From positions 2,079,093 to 2,143,092 of the forward strand of contig NEEC01000019.1 in assembly GCA_002189035.1 (NCBI GenBank): a stretch of 64,000 nucleotides of DNA, in the 5' to 3' direction. Positions 13,146 through 26,600 of the stretch are shown one piece after another (position 1 is the stretch's first letter; each line of letters begins with the position of its first letter). The translations under genes and the position numbers were made by a program. Source of the DNA: Utricularia gibba. Taxonomy: Eukaryota > Plantae > Magnoliophyta. Below the pieces are notes generated by a model that saw only the letters and a list, made by a program, of their open reading frames with translations, was not told the DNA's origin and ran no database searches.

Positions 13146-13869
13146 TTGGAGATAAAATATATTATAACACTAATGTATTAAAAAAATACGTCTATCAAAT
13201 TTATGAAAAATAAAATACAACACCAAAAAAAATATAAAAGTAAGTCTACTTTTTTTAATTTACAATTTTTTTTTAAAAAAATTACTAAAATAAAAAGTTG
13301 AGCTATTTACTCCTTTAATTAAGGTAATATAAAAATAATGACAAAAGATAAGATAAATTATCAATTATATTCAACAATTAAAGTAAAATAATAACAAATT
13401 TGAAGATTAGGGTAATATAAAAATGTTTGGGCATTTCACCTTTTTGGAATGCAAAACAGAGTGCGCCTCCGATCCACTGCGGATTTCTCAAGAAAAGAAA
13501 AGAGAGGGCGAGCGAGAGAGGAGGGGGGCAGAAGCGGAATTTGAACGAATATCAAAGAGAGTTTTGCATGCAGGATGGACTCGAAAGTAGAGAGCTGAGG
13601 CCAGGGGACGCTTGGCGAGTTTTGTTCAGACAGACGCCATCCGCTGATTGGTTGGCGGCATACTCATCTTCTTCACCGTTATCACTGTTCTGGAACCTCC
13701 TACTTCCCCTTGATGGTCAGCTCAGATGAAACCACAACGCTTCTCTCTCAAGTACTTTTATTGGCCTACGAGTTAAGGATACATGGGGAACTCTAACAAT
13801 CTCGGAGGATGATCAACATCAAAGAAACCTGAGAATCATTCGCCGTTTTGTTAGTTGTAATTGGTTTCG

Positions 13870-15642
13870 ATGGGGCTTTGTTTTGTGTGGAAAACACCCT
13901 CGTATTACGTCAGGATAGTGCTGTTGATCGTTCCGCTGGTGTTTGTCTCCTTGCTGGTGCTATTGGGAACCTCCAATTCGTTGCCGCGGTGGTTTTTTCC
14001 GGTTTCTGCTGGTTTCCTGCAGGCGAATTATTCCACAGATGACGGTGAGATGGACGTTAGAGAGAGATTAGCCGTTGATTTGGAACTGCAAAACGCGGCG
14101 GCCATGGATATCGCACCCGCCCCTGACATCATACTGAATACCTTCGCCTTGGCCCCGTCGCCGGCGCCCGTGGAAGTCAGAGTTACAGCTGCTGAACCGC
14201 CGGTAAGTAGATGTTTATTTCAAAATTTGGATCTACTGTTGAACTATTTTTCACTGTTTTACGATTCCTCAAAATACAGGTTGAACCGAAGATCTCGACG
14301 GAGGAAAACGGGGAAGATCCTGGAGTAACTAGAAGATTTCGCAGTTTAAAGATTCTGGAGGCCAAGCTTCAACAATCTCGAGTTTCCATCAGAGACTCCG
14401 GAAAAGGGAGTCTCGTCAACGACCCCGATTACATCCCTTATGGTCCGGTCTACCGGAACCCCCGTGCTTTTCATAGGTTTGCGATAAAGTTTCTAACTTT
14501 CGTGAATGGAAACAGAACGGAGCTTGCTATTTCCGATTTTTGGTTGCAGGAGCTACAGAGAGATGGAAAAGAATTTCAAGGTGTTTGTTTACAACGAAGG
14601 GGAGCGCCCAATATTTCACCATGGACCTTGTGGAAGCATATATTCGGTTGAGGGAAACTTCATAAACAGATTAGAAACCTCGAGGTTTCGTACAAGGGAT
14701 CCTGGAGAGGCTAGTGTCTTCTTCCTTCCGTTCAGCATCACCGCGATGGTCCATTTCATATTCGAGAGAAATTCCCGGAATCACTGGCTTCCGATGAAGA
14801 GAACGGTGAAGGATTACATTGATCTTGTTTCCCAGAGATACCCCTTTTGGAACAGAAGCCTGGGGGCTGATCATTTCATGCTCTCTTGCCACGACTGGGT
14901 GCGTGATTGAAGTTTTAGAAAAAATTGCACCCTTGTATTTTTTTGTCTGATCCAATTATTGAAACAGGGGCCGGAGCTATCCAAGTCTCTGCCGGAGCTT
15001 TTCAACAATTCGATTCGTGCGCTGTGCAATGCCAACACAACGGAAGGATTCCGGCCTTGGAAAGACGTTTCAATCCCCGAAATCAATCTCCCCGGAGGCC
15101 GGACGAATGGTCTAATCGGTGGCCCGTCGGCCTCGAAACGGCCGATTTTGGCGTTCTTCGCGGGAGGCGTGCACGGCCCGGTCAGGCCGATTCTTCTTGA
15201 GCACTGGGAGAACAAGGATCATGAGATCAGGGTCTACAGATACCTCCCCAAGAACCTGTCCTACGCGTCGATGATGAGAAAGAGCAAGTTCTGCATATGC
15301 CCAAGCGGTTACGAAGTGGCGAGCCCGAGAATCGCGGAGGCGCTCTACACGGGGTGCGTTCCGGTGCTGGTCAACGATCACTACGTCCCTCCGTTCAGCG
15401 ACGTCCTTAACTGGAAATCGTTTGCGGTTGAGATCCGGGTGTCGGATATTCCGAATTTGAAGGATATTTTGAAGGGTATCTCGGCGCGGCAGTATATCAG
15501 GATGCAGAGGCGAGGAGTGGCGGCCCGTCGCCATTTTGAAGTCCATTCTCCGGCAAAAAGATACGACGTGTTCCACATGATAATGCATTCGGTATGGCTG
15601 CGGCGGTTGAACCTCCGACTTCGCGGCGTTCAGGATTCCTGA
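13870..15642 (+). CDS. Exostosin-family (GT47) glycosyltransferase, At5g03795-like
   Basis: Exons 13870-14202, 14280-14477, 14550-14898, 14968-15642; N-terminal TM anchor; FKVFVYNEGE, YSVEGNFI, GADHFMLSCHDW, CNANTTEGF, SKFCICPSGYEVASPR, FHMIMHSVWLRRLN. Confidence 0.94.
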
Positions 15643-17635
15643 GATCGGAAAGATGAAATGGGAGTTGAGCATTTTCAGGAAAAGACCCTCCGTCCAACAA
15701 ATTTGCGCAATCTTGTGTGATCTCTTGTATGGCAGCAGAAGTGGTTTGTTGAAAATTTAGCGGGTGTGTGTTGCGTCTGAATGAAGTGATTGGATTGGAG
15801 TTGTTCCAGAAGGGTCGGGATCCGATCTCGCCGCCTGCAACGGACACGAAGATTGTGCGTAGTGTAGCTGTAGCATCCCATCGGGGAGGCATTATTGAGC
15901 CGTGATAATGAATGAATATTAGCATCAGTTATGCAGCCTTGAATTGATGAGCATTTCATGTTGCCTCCTGGATCTCAGGAATTGAAGAAGATCCTGATCC
16001 GATCCTTCCTTCTCCAGAAACTACCCCCATTCTACCTACTGCGATCCTTAAATATTTGAATGAAAAAAAAGACCCTATCAAGCCCTCACCCACTACCGGT
16101 CCGGGCTCCCCGCCTGCTTGCTTGATTTTCATGTGAAAATGTCAAGGATTCTACAGACTTGAAGAAGAGCGTCAGTATTGTGGAAAATGCATCCAATCGA
16201 ATTAAATCTAAAACTAATTTAAAAACGATAAGTGGATTTGACGTTAATGCAGATGAATAAAAAATATCAAAATAATAAATAAATATTGTATTCATAAATA
16301 CTTGATTATTTCATTTTTTTTAAAAAAAACAATTCATAACAAATACAAATGCGTTTTATAAAAATATAAAAATTGACTCGGATCAAGGTTCCATTTTACT
16401 AAAACTCTTTTGTAAGTACATGTTCAAACCTTAATTACTTACTACCTTACACAAATTATGAAGATGTTATTTTAAAATAATGTTAATCATTAATTGTTAC
16501 AGTACTATTCTTTATTTTGTGGAATTATAAAATCAAATATGTCACCAAAATTATTTAACCTCTTTATAATTCATATTCTTCACTTCCGGTGTAGACATTG
16601 TGGCCTTGACATTTGGGTTCTTCGGGAAAACTACGGCTATCGAATGAGCAGCCTACAGCACCACTGACGTTGTTCTGGTTTTGCTCTTCACGGTTGATCT
16701 TGCTGTGGTCTGTTTTATTTTCGCCATCTTCTTCTTCCACATGGTTTTTCGTCTACAGGTTAATTCCCAATTAGAGGAAGATAATGGACGCACTACCCTC
16801 ATATTCCTATCGCACTATTCTAGGGTTTATGCCATTTCAACTTCGTTTGTTAGCATTGTGGGTGAGAACTTTTCTTCTACGATAAATAAACCCACATCTT
16901 AATTTACACTTCTCTCATGTTTGACAAAAATTTTGGAGAATGCACAAAGAAAAAAAGAAAACATAATAAATACAGAAAATAAAACTAATATTTTCTGTTT
17001 AAGAACATCATCTTAGTTTATACATTACGTTTATGTTTAAGTTCTTAGACTATTAGATTTTAAATTAAATATGACAATTGTTCTAACACCTTTTTCCCAA
17101 ACTCTTTGGATGTGATAGAATTAGGTCTAAACCTAATGACTCTTTTGAATGACATGAAAGCCAAATCCTGGTATAACCCCCAAACACAGCACCCCTTTTC
17201 TAATAATTAAATTAATTTTGTGTATTTTATTATGTTAATAAAACAGATGAGATTAGGGTTATTTTTATTAATGTTGTGTACCCCTATTGATATTCATGTC
17301 CACGGGGGACACGTGCCATGCAGCAACCCTGATCAGGCTTAACTAATGGACGCCGATCGTCAGTTGTCCGCAAAGCTGCTACTTGAATTTGTTGGGAGAT
17401 TTAGTTGCAATATCGTAGTATAACTCCGGGGCGGTCCACGTGCCACACCTCACACCCACTACTTGAGTTTATAAATTAATCTATTCCATTATTCACCCTG
17501 CCAGTGCCATCTACGCCTAGCCTACCGCTGCTGGTGTGACCGAGGACAAAATTGGGAAATTAATCACTTGATTAATATTGATGGACTGGTCTGTCAAACG
17601 CTACCCTCCCTCTCCATCCAGTTACTGAGAAAACC

Positions 17636-18687
17636 CTACTTACCTGGGCGTTGTATTGGGAGTGGGAGAGCACCCCAAGTGTTGTTGTATGTTCTCATCA
17701 TCACCGGGTCGGCATACTCCTCGCCCACATTCATCACGTAATTGCATTGGTACGCCACGTCCGAGCTCGGAATCGACGTGCTCTCCACCGTCTCTTCGCC
17801 GGACACGTCGGTGTACCCTGGCGATATTTGCTTCCTCCCTACGTGATCCCTCAGTATAGCCCTCAATGCCATCACCTGCAACGCAACGGTTCTTCCTAAC
17901 TGACGACTTCTCCAAAATACCTTATTTTATACTGTCTGCCTTTTTTTACCTCCTGTTGAAGCTTCTGCTTCTCCCTAGACACGACGTCCAATTCCTGCTT
18001 AAGTGCATCGTACAGATTCTCTAGCTGCTTGGCCTTCCAACGGGCGCGACGGTTCTGAAACCAGACGGCGATTTGACGGGGTTGAAGGCCGAGATCTTTA
18101 GCGAGCTTCATTTTGCGGTCAGGGTCGAGTTTGATCTCTTCTTGAAAGCTGTTTTCAAGTGACTCCAACTGGTCACTGCTCAGACGCTTCTTCTTCATAT
18201 CCTGGCCGTAAATGTTGATGCAATTCTTTCCCATTAGTGTTGGTGGCATTTGCCCTGCTGAGATCGCTGGTTCCTTCATTTCCAAACCTGGAAATCAAGA
18301 TACAAAAGGGAGCGCCATTTGATTCTTTGTGTGAAATGGAAATCAAATCTTTTGGAAAAAATGGTAGCCATCAATTTCTTGTTTTTTTAATGGATGGAAA
18401 GAGAATTAGACGGCGAAGGGGAATACGGAATGAGCTGCCTCTGTGCACTTATCTGACAAGACACCTCCTAATCAATACAAGAAACTTGTGTTGCTGTCAA
18501 TTCAAAATTAAACCCTAGTTTGTGAAACTACAAGACAAGAAAAAGCAACAAGCAGCATTTGTGTCTGCCATCGCATTTGCTTACCAGGGAACTGATCATA
18601 AGTGTAATTGTAGAGGAAGCTGAACGAACCCTCGGGCCGAGAGGCGAAGCTACTCGGCAACCTCAAACTCTCATTGTTCCAATCCAT
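17636..18687 (-). CDS. LMI1: HD-Zip class I transcription factor, LMI1/ATHB51/ATHB22 clade
   Basis: Exons 18687-18585, 18287-17950, 17875-17636; MDWN start, [52 protein letters not shown], leucine zipper; next to an At5g03795-like gene. Confidence 0.9.
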
Positions 18688-20417
18688 ACTCGTCCAAGAT
18701 GGAGAAGGTAATCTCAAGCAATTCTCTGTTCTACACCGCCATACGCTATATAAGTATATATATCAGTAATGAGAAGAGAAGACAGAGGACCACCAGCAAG
18801 CAGAAGCTGGAGAAGAGATAGAGAGAGACGTGATAAAAATCTTGTTTGGGGGCAGTAACTGCTTTTTTTTAATGAAAATTGAAAATGAGAGCGTCGAAGA
18901 CAATCCAGTCAGCTCTGGTGAAACATTGGGTGCAAGTAATAATAAAAACAAAGTATTGAACTTAACCATAACAGACCGAGTATACAGTAGCAATAGTGAA
19001 ACTGGAAATGGAGGATTGAAGGTTTGTGTTGGTTGGGGGAAGATTGAGGTGGCAAGCAGTAGTCGCATTCTGGTCCCCTTTCTCCATCTGACAATATGTG
19101 CCTCACGCCATCCAGTATTCAATCCATTTTTTGTTTCCCCTCCCAAGATTACTATCACATTTCGAAAGATCACCTCACCCCACACGGTAAAATGTATGGA
19201 AAGTTAAACAAAGCTGCTGCAAGTTTTCACATTTGGAAGAGGTAAAGACAACACCAGTAGGGTTTTTTGGGGTGGGGGGTTAACTAAATGACAAGTTCGA
19301 AGATGCAGGAAGAGGAAACTGTGGTGCCAGTTGTTTGTTAAATGAATGCTTTGCAACAGAGATCTCAGTCCTATTTTCCCTTCCCCTTTTTACTCTGTTA
19401 ACCTCCTCAAATCATTTGCATACAAAAGAATAAGCAGTAAAAGAGACACACATACGAGCAGAATTTTACCCAAGTTTACACATTTGGTAGTTTCTGCCTC
19501 AGCAAGCAAAAGAATGAGGAATCAAAACAAGAAGAGAAAAACATGTCGAAAAAAGTAACACGTCAATTTCCTTGCACTTTTTCAGGTTATGATTTTTCAC
19601 CGCATGAAACATAAATAGCAGGTATTATTTATTTACTTGGAAAAGTTCTCACCATCATGTATTTTTTTTCATCTCCTTCTCGAGTGCATTGAAGACATTA
19701 ATAGGTGGTTGATGGGCGTAATGAATGATCTTGTGAAACATTAAGTTGCACTATCTTTCTCAGGCCGAAAATGGGAACCGAAATAAACTCCTGGCACTAA
19801 ATTTTTGCAGCCCATCCATCAAATGACAGTAGCATACTTGGAAAAGATGGTAATAAATCCCCGTGTCGGCCATGAAGCTACGACCAGCACCCATGTATGG
19901 TTATATGTAGTTCATGGTCATATCCATATCGCAGGCCACGCATCACAGCTCTTTTGATGCGTTAGTTGCCACACCAAAAATTCATTTCAGACTATTGGAG
20001 GAAATCATCATAGTTGGTCGGGGGTGTGTTCGAGGTAAGATCGTAGTCGTTACCCACAATAATTTCCGTTTGTGTTTTGAAATATGTCCAAAAGCAGGGC
20101 TTCCTGAAAATCTCGGGGCAGCTTACCGGGTGGGGCGACTGGATTGGAGGAGCCCCCAGTGTTGGAATCAATCTGTGGATGGCGCTACTTTTATGAATGA
20201 ATCGGCTTGTTGACCGTGGCATGAGCACTCTGACAGGACACCCAAGTGCCGCTTCGCTTCGCTTCATACTACTCGATGAAGAAATCATACTTTATTTGTA
20301 CCCGAAGTGGTGTATTTTAAATGGCATCCTCGGACTGACATTGATTTTTATGGAAAATGACCCGTATATGATGGGCCTGATCTGGGAAGCCCATCGGGTT
20401 GGTTTCTAAAAAAAGAA

Positions 20418-20465
<48 letters not shown>
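20418..20465 (+). repeat. (AAT)16 microsatellite
   Basis: 48-bp perfect trinucleotide run. Confidence 0.97.
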
Positions 20466-20599
20466 CAGGCCCACAGGAATAGTAAGTAGGTTACCACTCT
20501 CCGCACAGACAAGTGGAAATTGGAATTGAAGGCGGGCAGATGGCGGTACAAATTACAATCCTGTGGGTCTCCCTTCCTTTCTTTCTTGTTCTATGGGCT

Positions 20600-20632
20600 A
20601 AACCGCTGCACTGCGCTCCCTAAACCAGCTGC
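20600..20632 (+). promoter_or_regulatory. Two HRPE-like (ERF-VII) elements
   Basis: AAACCGCTGC (20600) and AAACCAGCTGC (20622) against consensus AAACCA(G/C)(G/C)(G/C)GC; about 155-185 bp upstream of the HRA1-like ATG. Confidence 0.55.
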
Positions 20633-20784
20633 TCCTCCGGTTGTTTTCTCCAGACCACCAAATGGGACACAAAAGTGGTTTTGGTTTTTTTCCTATTCTG
20701 AGCGCAGCCTTTAAGCAGTCAGTCCATCCATCCTTGTCGTCCATAAGTTTTCTTGTTGTTCTAGTTTCGGAAGTTTGGTTGCAC

Positions 20785-22173
20785 ATGGAATCGGATGCTG
20801 CGATCGCAATTGCAATGGCTGCTGATATGTATCACCATCCTCCTCCTCCTGACGTTCAGCCCAACACCAGCTGCAGCAACATGTTACCCCTCGAAATGTC
20901 CCTCAACCGGAACCCAAACCAGCTCGATTACCACCACCAGCTTCTCCCCCAGCAAAAGATCCAGCATGTTTTGACTCCGCACAGCGACGACGATGATCCG
21001 GCAACTCAAATCCCAATGGGTGGCCCTGAGAATGATGATGATCCCGATGGCAGGAGAAAGATCTCGCCTTGGCATCGAATGAAATGGACGGACAACATGG
21101 TCAGACTTCTCATCATGGTCGTTTACTACGTCGGCGATGAGGTTCCCGCCTCTGATCATGGAAGCAACAACAACGACACCAAGAAGAAGGGCGGTTCGGG
21201 TTCGGCTTCCGGTGCGTTGCAGAAGAAAGGGAAAGGGAAGTGGAAGTCGGTCTCCAAGGCGATGATGGAGAAAGGGTTCTTTGTTTCTCCGCAGCAGTGC
21301 GAAGACAAGTTCAATGACCTGAACAAGAGGTATAAGAGAGTCAACGACATTCTCGGCAAAGGCACTTCATGCCGAGTCGTGGAGAATCCGGCGTTGCTGG
21401 ATAAGATGGATCATTTGTCACCCAAGATGAAGGATGAAGTCAAGAAGTTGCTCAGTTCCAAGCACTTGTTCTTCAAAGAGATGTGCGCTTATCATAATAC
21501 TTGCGGCCATGCTGTTGCCAATGGAGTCGCATCTCATCAAGAACTCGACCACCACCTACCGGAAAAGCCATGTTTGCATTCGAATGATGTTGTATTAGTC
21601 CCGAATCTAAACAAGCCTGAGAATGAAGCATCCAAGTTGGCAGAAGCAGCAGCAGCAGCAGCGGTGGAAGATGAGAATGAGCACGAAGCAGATAACGAAG
21701 ACGATGAAGAGGAAGAATATGAGATTGATGCCGAAGAAGATGAGGAGATCAGGAGATCGAGGAAGAGATCCAAAAAGGGGGAGCATTCTTCTTCAGGTGT
21801 GGTGCAGCAGTTAGAAGCTGATATAATAAACATTTTGCAAGATGCGTCGAAGAGCCACACGGAGAAGAGGGAGTGGATGAAGGGGAGGATGGCGGGATTG
21901 GAAGAGCAACGAATGAGCATCGCTGCGCAGTCGTTTGAGCTTGAGAAACAGAGATTCAAGTGGCTCAAGTTCAGTAGCAAGAAGGAGAGGGAGATGGAGA
22001 GGGAGAAAGTGATGAACGAGAGATTGAATCTGGAAAATGAGAGAATGATGCTGATTCTCAGGCACAAGGAACTGGATTTGATTCATCATCAGCTTCAAGT
22101 TCAACAGCAGATGCGTCATCATCATCACTACCACCACCATCACAACAGTAATAGTCACACATCCGAGCAGTAA
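20785..22173 (+). CDS. HRA1: Trihelix transcription factor, HYPOXIA RESPONSE ATTENUATOR1-like
   Basis: Intronless, 462 aa; MLPLEM, WHRMKWTDNMVRLLI, KWKSVS.AMMEKGF.VSPQQCEDKFNDLNKRYKRVNDILGKG, KHLFF.EMCAYHN; acidic tract and C-terminal coiled coil. Confidence 0.9.
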   Translation: MESDAAIAIAMAADMYHHPPPPDVQPNTSCSNMLPLEMSLNRNPNQLDYHHQLLPQQKIQHVLTPHSDDDDPATQIPMGGPENDDDPDGRRKISPWHRMKWTDNMVRLLIMVVYYVGDEVPASDHGSNNNDTKKKGGSGSASGALQKKGKGKWKSVSKAMMEKGFFVSPQQCEDKFNDLNKRYKRVNDILGKGTSCRVVENPALLDKMDHLSPKMKDEVKKLLSSKHLFFKEMCAYHNTCGHAVANGVASHQELDHHLPEKPCLHSNDVVLVPNLNKPENEASKLAEAAAAAAVEDENEHEADNEDDEEEEYEIDAEEDEEIRRSRKRSKKGEHSSSGVVQQLEADIINILQDASKSHTEKREWMKGRMAGLEEQRMSIAAQSFELEKQRFKWLKFSSKKEREMEREKVMNERLNLENERMMLILRHKELDLIHHQLQVQQQMRHHHHYHHHHNSNSHTSEQ

Positions 22174-22546
22174 GCTTCCATTCCCAGTGAAAAAAAAAGT
22201 AGTCGTCGCTCACCTGGGTAACTACAGCTGCCTTTCAAGAGGTGTGATGTTATGCTTTCCTCTCTGATCTGTGTTAGGATTGAAAAGCCGGTGCTTGGCT
22301 TGTCACCAATTTTCTCTAATTAATCCAAGTGCTAGTAAAAGAACACGCGGAATACTGCAAGCATCTCAGAAGTGCATGCCGTACTCTCTCCCTCGGAATG
22401 CCAAACGTCTCATGCTTAAGATGCTTCCGCTACATTTTCGTATCTTCAAATGGGGAACCCAGGAGGTTGTGGGATGACGCTAGAAGACGCGATGCACGTA
22501 TCATGAGTGTGTGCAGCTCCGTTCGGAAAAACGAGAAAAAAGTGAG

Positions 22547-22619
22547 CACGCCCAGTGGGATTCGAACCCACAATCGCCTGATTAGAAGTCAGACGCCTTA
22601 TCCATTAGGCCATGGGCGC
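22547..22619 (-). tRNA. trnR-UCU: tRNA-Arg (anticodon TCT)
   Basis: 73-nt cloverleaf GCGCCCA...TGGGCGTG; A box TGGCCTAATGG, loop CTTCTAA, B box GGTTCGAATCC; CAA immediately upstream, T6 terminator downstream. Confidence 0.98.
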
Positions 22620-23639
22620 TTGATATATTGGGTTGACATGTTTTAATTTTAAAATATTAACCATAAATGATCATTCAAACCTCAATCTCCAAAAAGAAAT
22701 AACCATATATCACTATATATCATCTCAAATTAAAGATATATAAAAAAATCTATATTTATTTCAAAAAAATTGATATTTTTAGCATAAGAATGAAGAGAGT
22801 TACCGAAGAAGCGTACCGCATCCATGGGTATGAGCAGAGGGCAATGAGCTTGTGGGAGATCACTAACTCATATGGCGGAAAAGAGATGGAATCTTGGGTA
22901 GCAAGAACTCAACATAGTGGATGAGGATGGTTGTGCGTCACATCGAAACAATATGCAAGGAGAGTGAGAGGTATGTGAAAAAATGCAATCGACAATGCTA
23001 ACTACAAGGTGTGAAAAGAATAAAGGGGGAACAATTCTTAGGATTATATCAAGAAATAAACTTACAAAATGCAAGATGATTCAAGGGAGGCACAACGATG
23101 TGCCAAGTGTAATCTATGAACCTACCATATGCATTTGGAAATCTGGAGAAAGTGCTGGGGAGAGCTTTCTAGCACATTGAGATGACTGTACATATCTTTG
23201 TTTTGAGAAAATGGAATTCAATGGGGTTTAATTTGATAAGACTATGGTACACATGCATTTGCATTCTATTTTTTTTTAAAAATTAAGTAAATGTCGAACA
23301 TTTAAAAAAAAAAAAGAGAGTAGAGGCTTTTTGAAAACTGTTTAATAAAATCAATAGGTATAATCATATGTTTGTATGTAATTGATATTATCAAAATTTT
23401 AAAAAATTAGAAAAGTCATATTTAAAATAATAAAAATATATCATTAATCCTCGTGAATATTCTGAAATTATATAAGGTAAATATCTTTCAAATTTTATAA
23501 TCAAAACAATACACATCTAATCTTTATTGATAAAAAATATATATTTCAAAAAGAACATTAAAGTAAAGTATTCATCGCGTATATTGTTGGGGAAAACCAA
23601 ATCCATTAGAGTTGTGGGATTAGGAATGGTGCAGACCGC

Positions 23640-26600
23640 TCATTCTTCTAGTTCAATAATCTTGACAACAGAAGCATCTCCCACCTTCTGGCACACCACA
23701 ACGCGATCGTGTGACTTGATCACACCGAAGGCTTTTCCGTGGTCAAGCGCCACCTTCAGCACCGTCTCGTTGCTCACGTTATTAGAGTCCGCCTGCAGTG
23801 TGCATCGAGTGACTCTTCAAGAAAACAAGGAATTCAAAACAGCCAGCTACATTGGAGGAGCCTGCTTACAGGATGCTGAGGATCAGCCAGTACCGGAAAA
23901 AGACCCCGTACTATAAGTGATTGTCTTGCCTGAAACTCAGGAATCACCAAAAAATAATGAGACGGCGATATCAAAGAGATCCCGTGTGGATGGATGATCA
24001 GAATGTTAATAGAAAAAAAAACCTAGAGCACAAAGAAATAAATAACATGTTTATGTTCCTAAAACAAGTTCAGTTGCCTTCTTTCCCTGAGCCAGACTGG
24101 TCAACATGATCGTTCACAGGTGTCCATTATGTTGCATTCTAAAAATATGTCAACCAACTCATTTTAGGCGCGAGGAAATGCATGGAAAATGTGGTACCTC
24201 AAATGCTCCAGTGAAGCTCCATCTCAACTGATTTGTCTTGAGGCGAGGAATAACCACAGATAACACAGGCATTGTAGGCCTATACTTTGCAATCAACCTG
24301 AATTTTAACGAAAACTACATCAATTCATATCGCAACTCAAAAGTTTTGATGGCCTTCAGCTTGAGCCAACCGTACCTAGCAGCCCTACCGGATGAGGTAA
24401 AACATATTATAATAGAAGCTTTTACTTTGATGGCAGCCCGGACCTAGAAGACGTATAAATAATCAAGAAAAATACATAAATAGAAAGCAAGTAATTTTTT
24501 ATTCCTGGAACGTTGTGACTCACCGCAGAGGATGCAATGGCCTCCATATGGGTCATGGGTTCACCAACATAGTTGATGGTCATCTTGAAAAATTGATCTT
24601 GATTGAAAACCTTCTCAGCCTAAGGAAGGTGGCACAAAAATGTAAAAACACCAGCAAGGAAATTCATTATGCGAACAAGCTCATGGGAAACTGCAAGATG
24701 AGATTCAACGCCGAAGAGTGTAAACAGATGGGCGCAACCTTGAACTACAACAATCTTGTCTTATACCTCAGCACATATTTTCCCCACAGTAGAAATAGTT
24801 TCAACTGGGTATTGTCCCCGTAATGTTTCTGCTCCTAGAAGTATCGCATCACATCCTGAAACACACAATTTCAGTGCATCAGCAACCAATCCATTAAAAA
24901 AGTGTAGTAGATTGTTAGGGTTCAATATCAAACCTAACATTACTTACATAGAGTCGATATGAATTTTTTTTTTTAAAAAAAATCAAAATTTATGTGTGGA
25001 AGTTCTGGTAACTGACAATCATGGAAGCCAACCCTTTTAGCCAAGAATTTAGGATGCCAGCTCACCATCTAATACAGCATTCGCAACATCAGTTGCTTCT
25101 GCCCTTGTGGGCCTTAGATTGTCAGTCATGCCATCAACAACACGAGTTATCACTGCTGGCTTCCCAGCCATATTACATTTGTATATAGCAGACTTCTGAA
25201 ACAGAAACACCTACAAGGACACAAAAATGATCTTCAACTATGAATTGGAAGTTCATGAATGACTAAGAAATCAAGATGACATCATTCATTGACCATAGCA
25301 ATAAAAGGGACGGGGATATGATATGGCTACAACATAACTGGGGGAAGGCGGGATGTATCACCTTCTCCGGTGGGAGATCTATGCCAAGGTTTCCACGAGA
25401 GAGGATGATGCCATCCGCCTCTTTGAGGATCTCATCAAAATGTGTGAGGCCCTAACAAGGAAATTGATCAAACATAGAAATTTAGGTAAGTCCACCGAAC
25501 ATTTGACTTTTGAAATGATTAGAAAATTGAAATTAAATTTTTTTTAAAAAAAACAGCATCTCACACTCACCTCGACAGTTTCAATTTTAGCAAAGATTCG
25601 GGTTTGGCTTAGATCACCAAGCTTGGACAGAAGCTCCCTGGCCTAAAGAGCCAAGGAAGCATCAACTATAATGGCTCAGAAAGAAGTTCTATCCGAAGAA
25701 TGCTATAAAATGTTTTCAATGTACCGCACGAATATCCTCCACATGGCGTGTATAAGACAGCGATAGAAAGTCTATTCTGTTCTGGACACCCCATGAACTA
25801 ATAACCTGTCAAACTATTTTATTAGGAAAAAGACTGCGTGACAAAGAATGAAGGGAAAAAAACAGCTTTTTTTTTTCCAATATTCACCTGCTTATCTTTA
25901 TCAGATAGAGTTGGCAGATCAATTCGAACTTCAGAAGCATGGAGGGTGAACAAGGATCCAGCTAATGTCGCTGAGTTCTTGATCACACAAACTACATCCT
26001 CCCCTTTTACTTCACTTACCTGGAGAAACAAACAAAAGGTTCAGTTTAACAAGAGAAGAATATAACAGACCAGCCTGCCCAGCCAAGAAAAAGCTTGAGA
26101 AGCATGCCCGTACTTTATAAAGTAAATATATTTCTTAAAAAACAATCGGAACTTAGAAGTCAACCTCCAGCCAGACGGAAGTAGTCTCACTTCCTGTAAA
26201 TAGATATTGCCCGAGAAAAATAGTATCTCCATGCTTGACAGCCTGAGCGGCACCCGAGGAAGAAAAAACTGATTATTATATGATGAAGTGAGCATTCAAC
26301 ACTGAATCCTGCAGAGAAAGGAACGATTCTAAAAGAAAGCATCATCACCTTCCCAAATCCAGAAAAGTTGATTGGCAATAATTCAGATGAAGCTTCTTGA
26401 CCTTGATCCCGTGTCAAAATAACTTTTTCATCTAACTTAAGCGTTATAGGCTTCTCATTTTTATTAATGACTTGCAACTCAGGACCCACAGTATCCAACA
26501 TGATCTGAAAATGTTTTTAAGTGTCAAAGTCTTGAAGGCTTTGCAGGTCAAATGATAGAACATGTAGATGATTGAGCCACTGATCGTTAAACCAATAAAA

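Noticed and set aside
15884-15915. TTGAGCCGTG resembling miR171
   Set aside because: Only about 10 nt match and no star arm
15497-16060. Minus-strand ORFs antisense to the GT47 3' end
   Set aside because: No recognisable domain or peptide-hormone motif; no frame continuity
16889-16900. ACCCACATCT resembling the snRNA/telomerase-RNA USE
   Set aside because: Mismatched to RTCCCACATCG, no correctly spaced TATA, no snRNA or TR body downstream
19900-20290. ORFs and a C/D-box-like ATGATGA...CTGA on the minus strand
   Set aside because: Boxes only about 14 nt apart; ORFs have no homology I recognise
22800-23250. Possible LINE remnant
   Set aside because: No diagnostic RT, RNase H or zinc-finger motif recoverable
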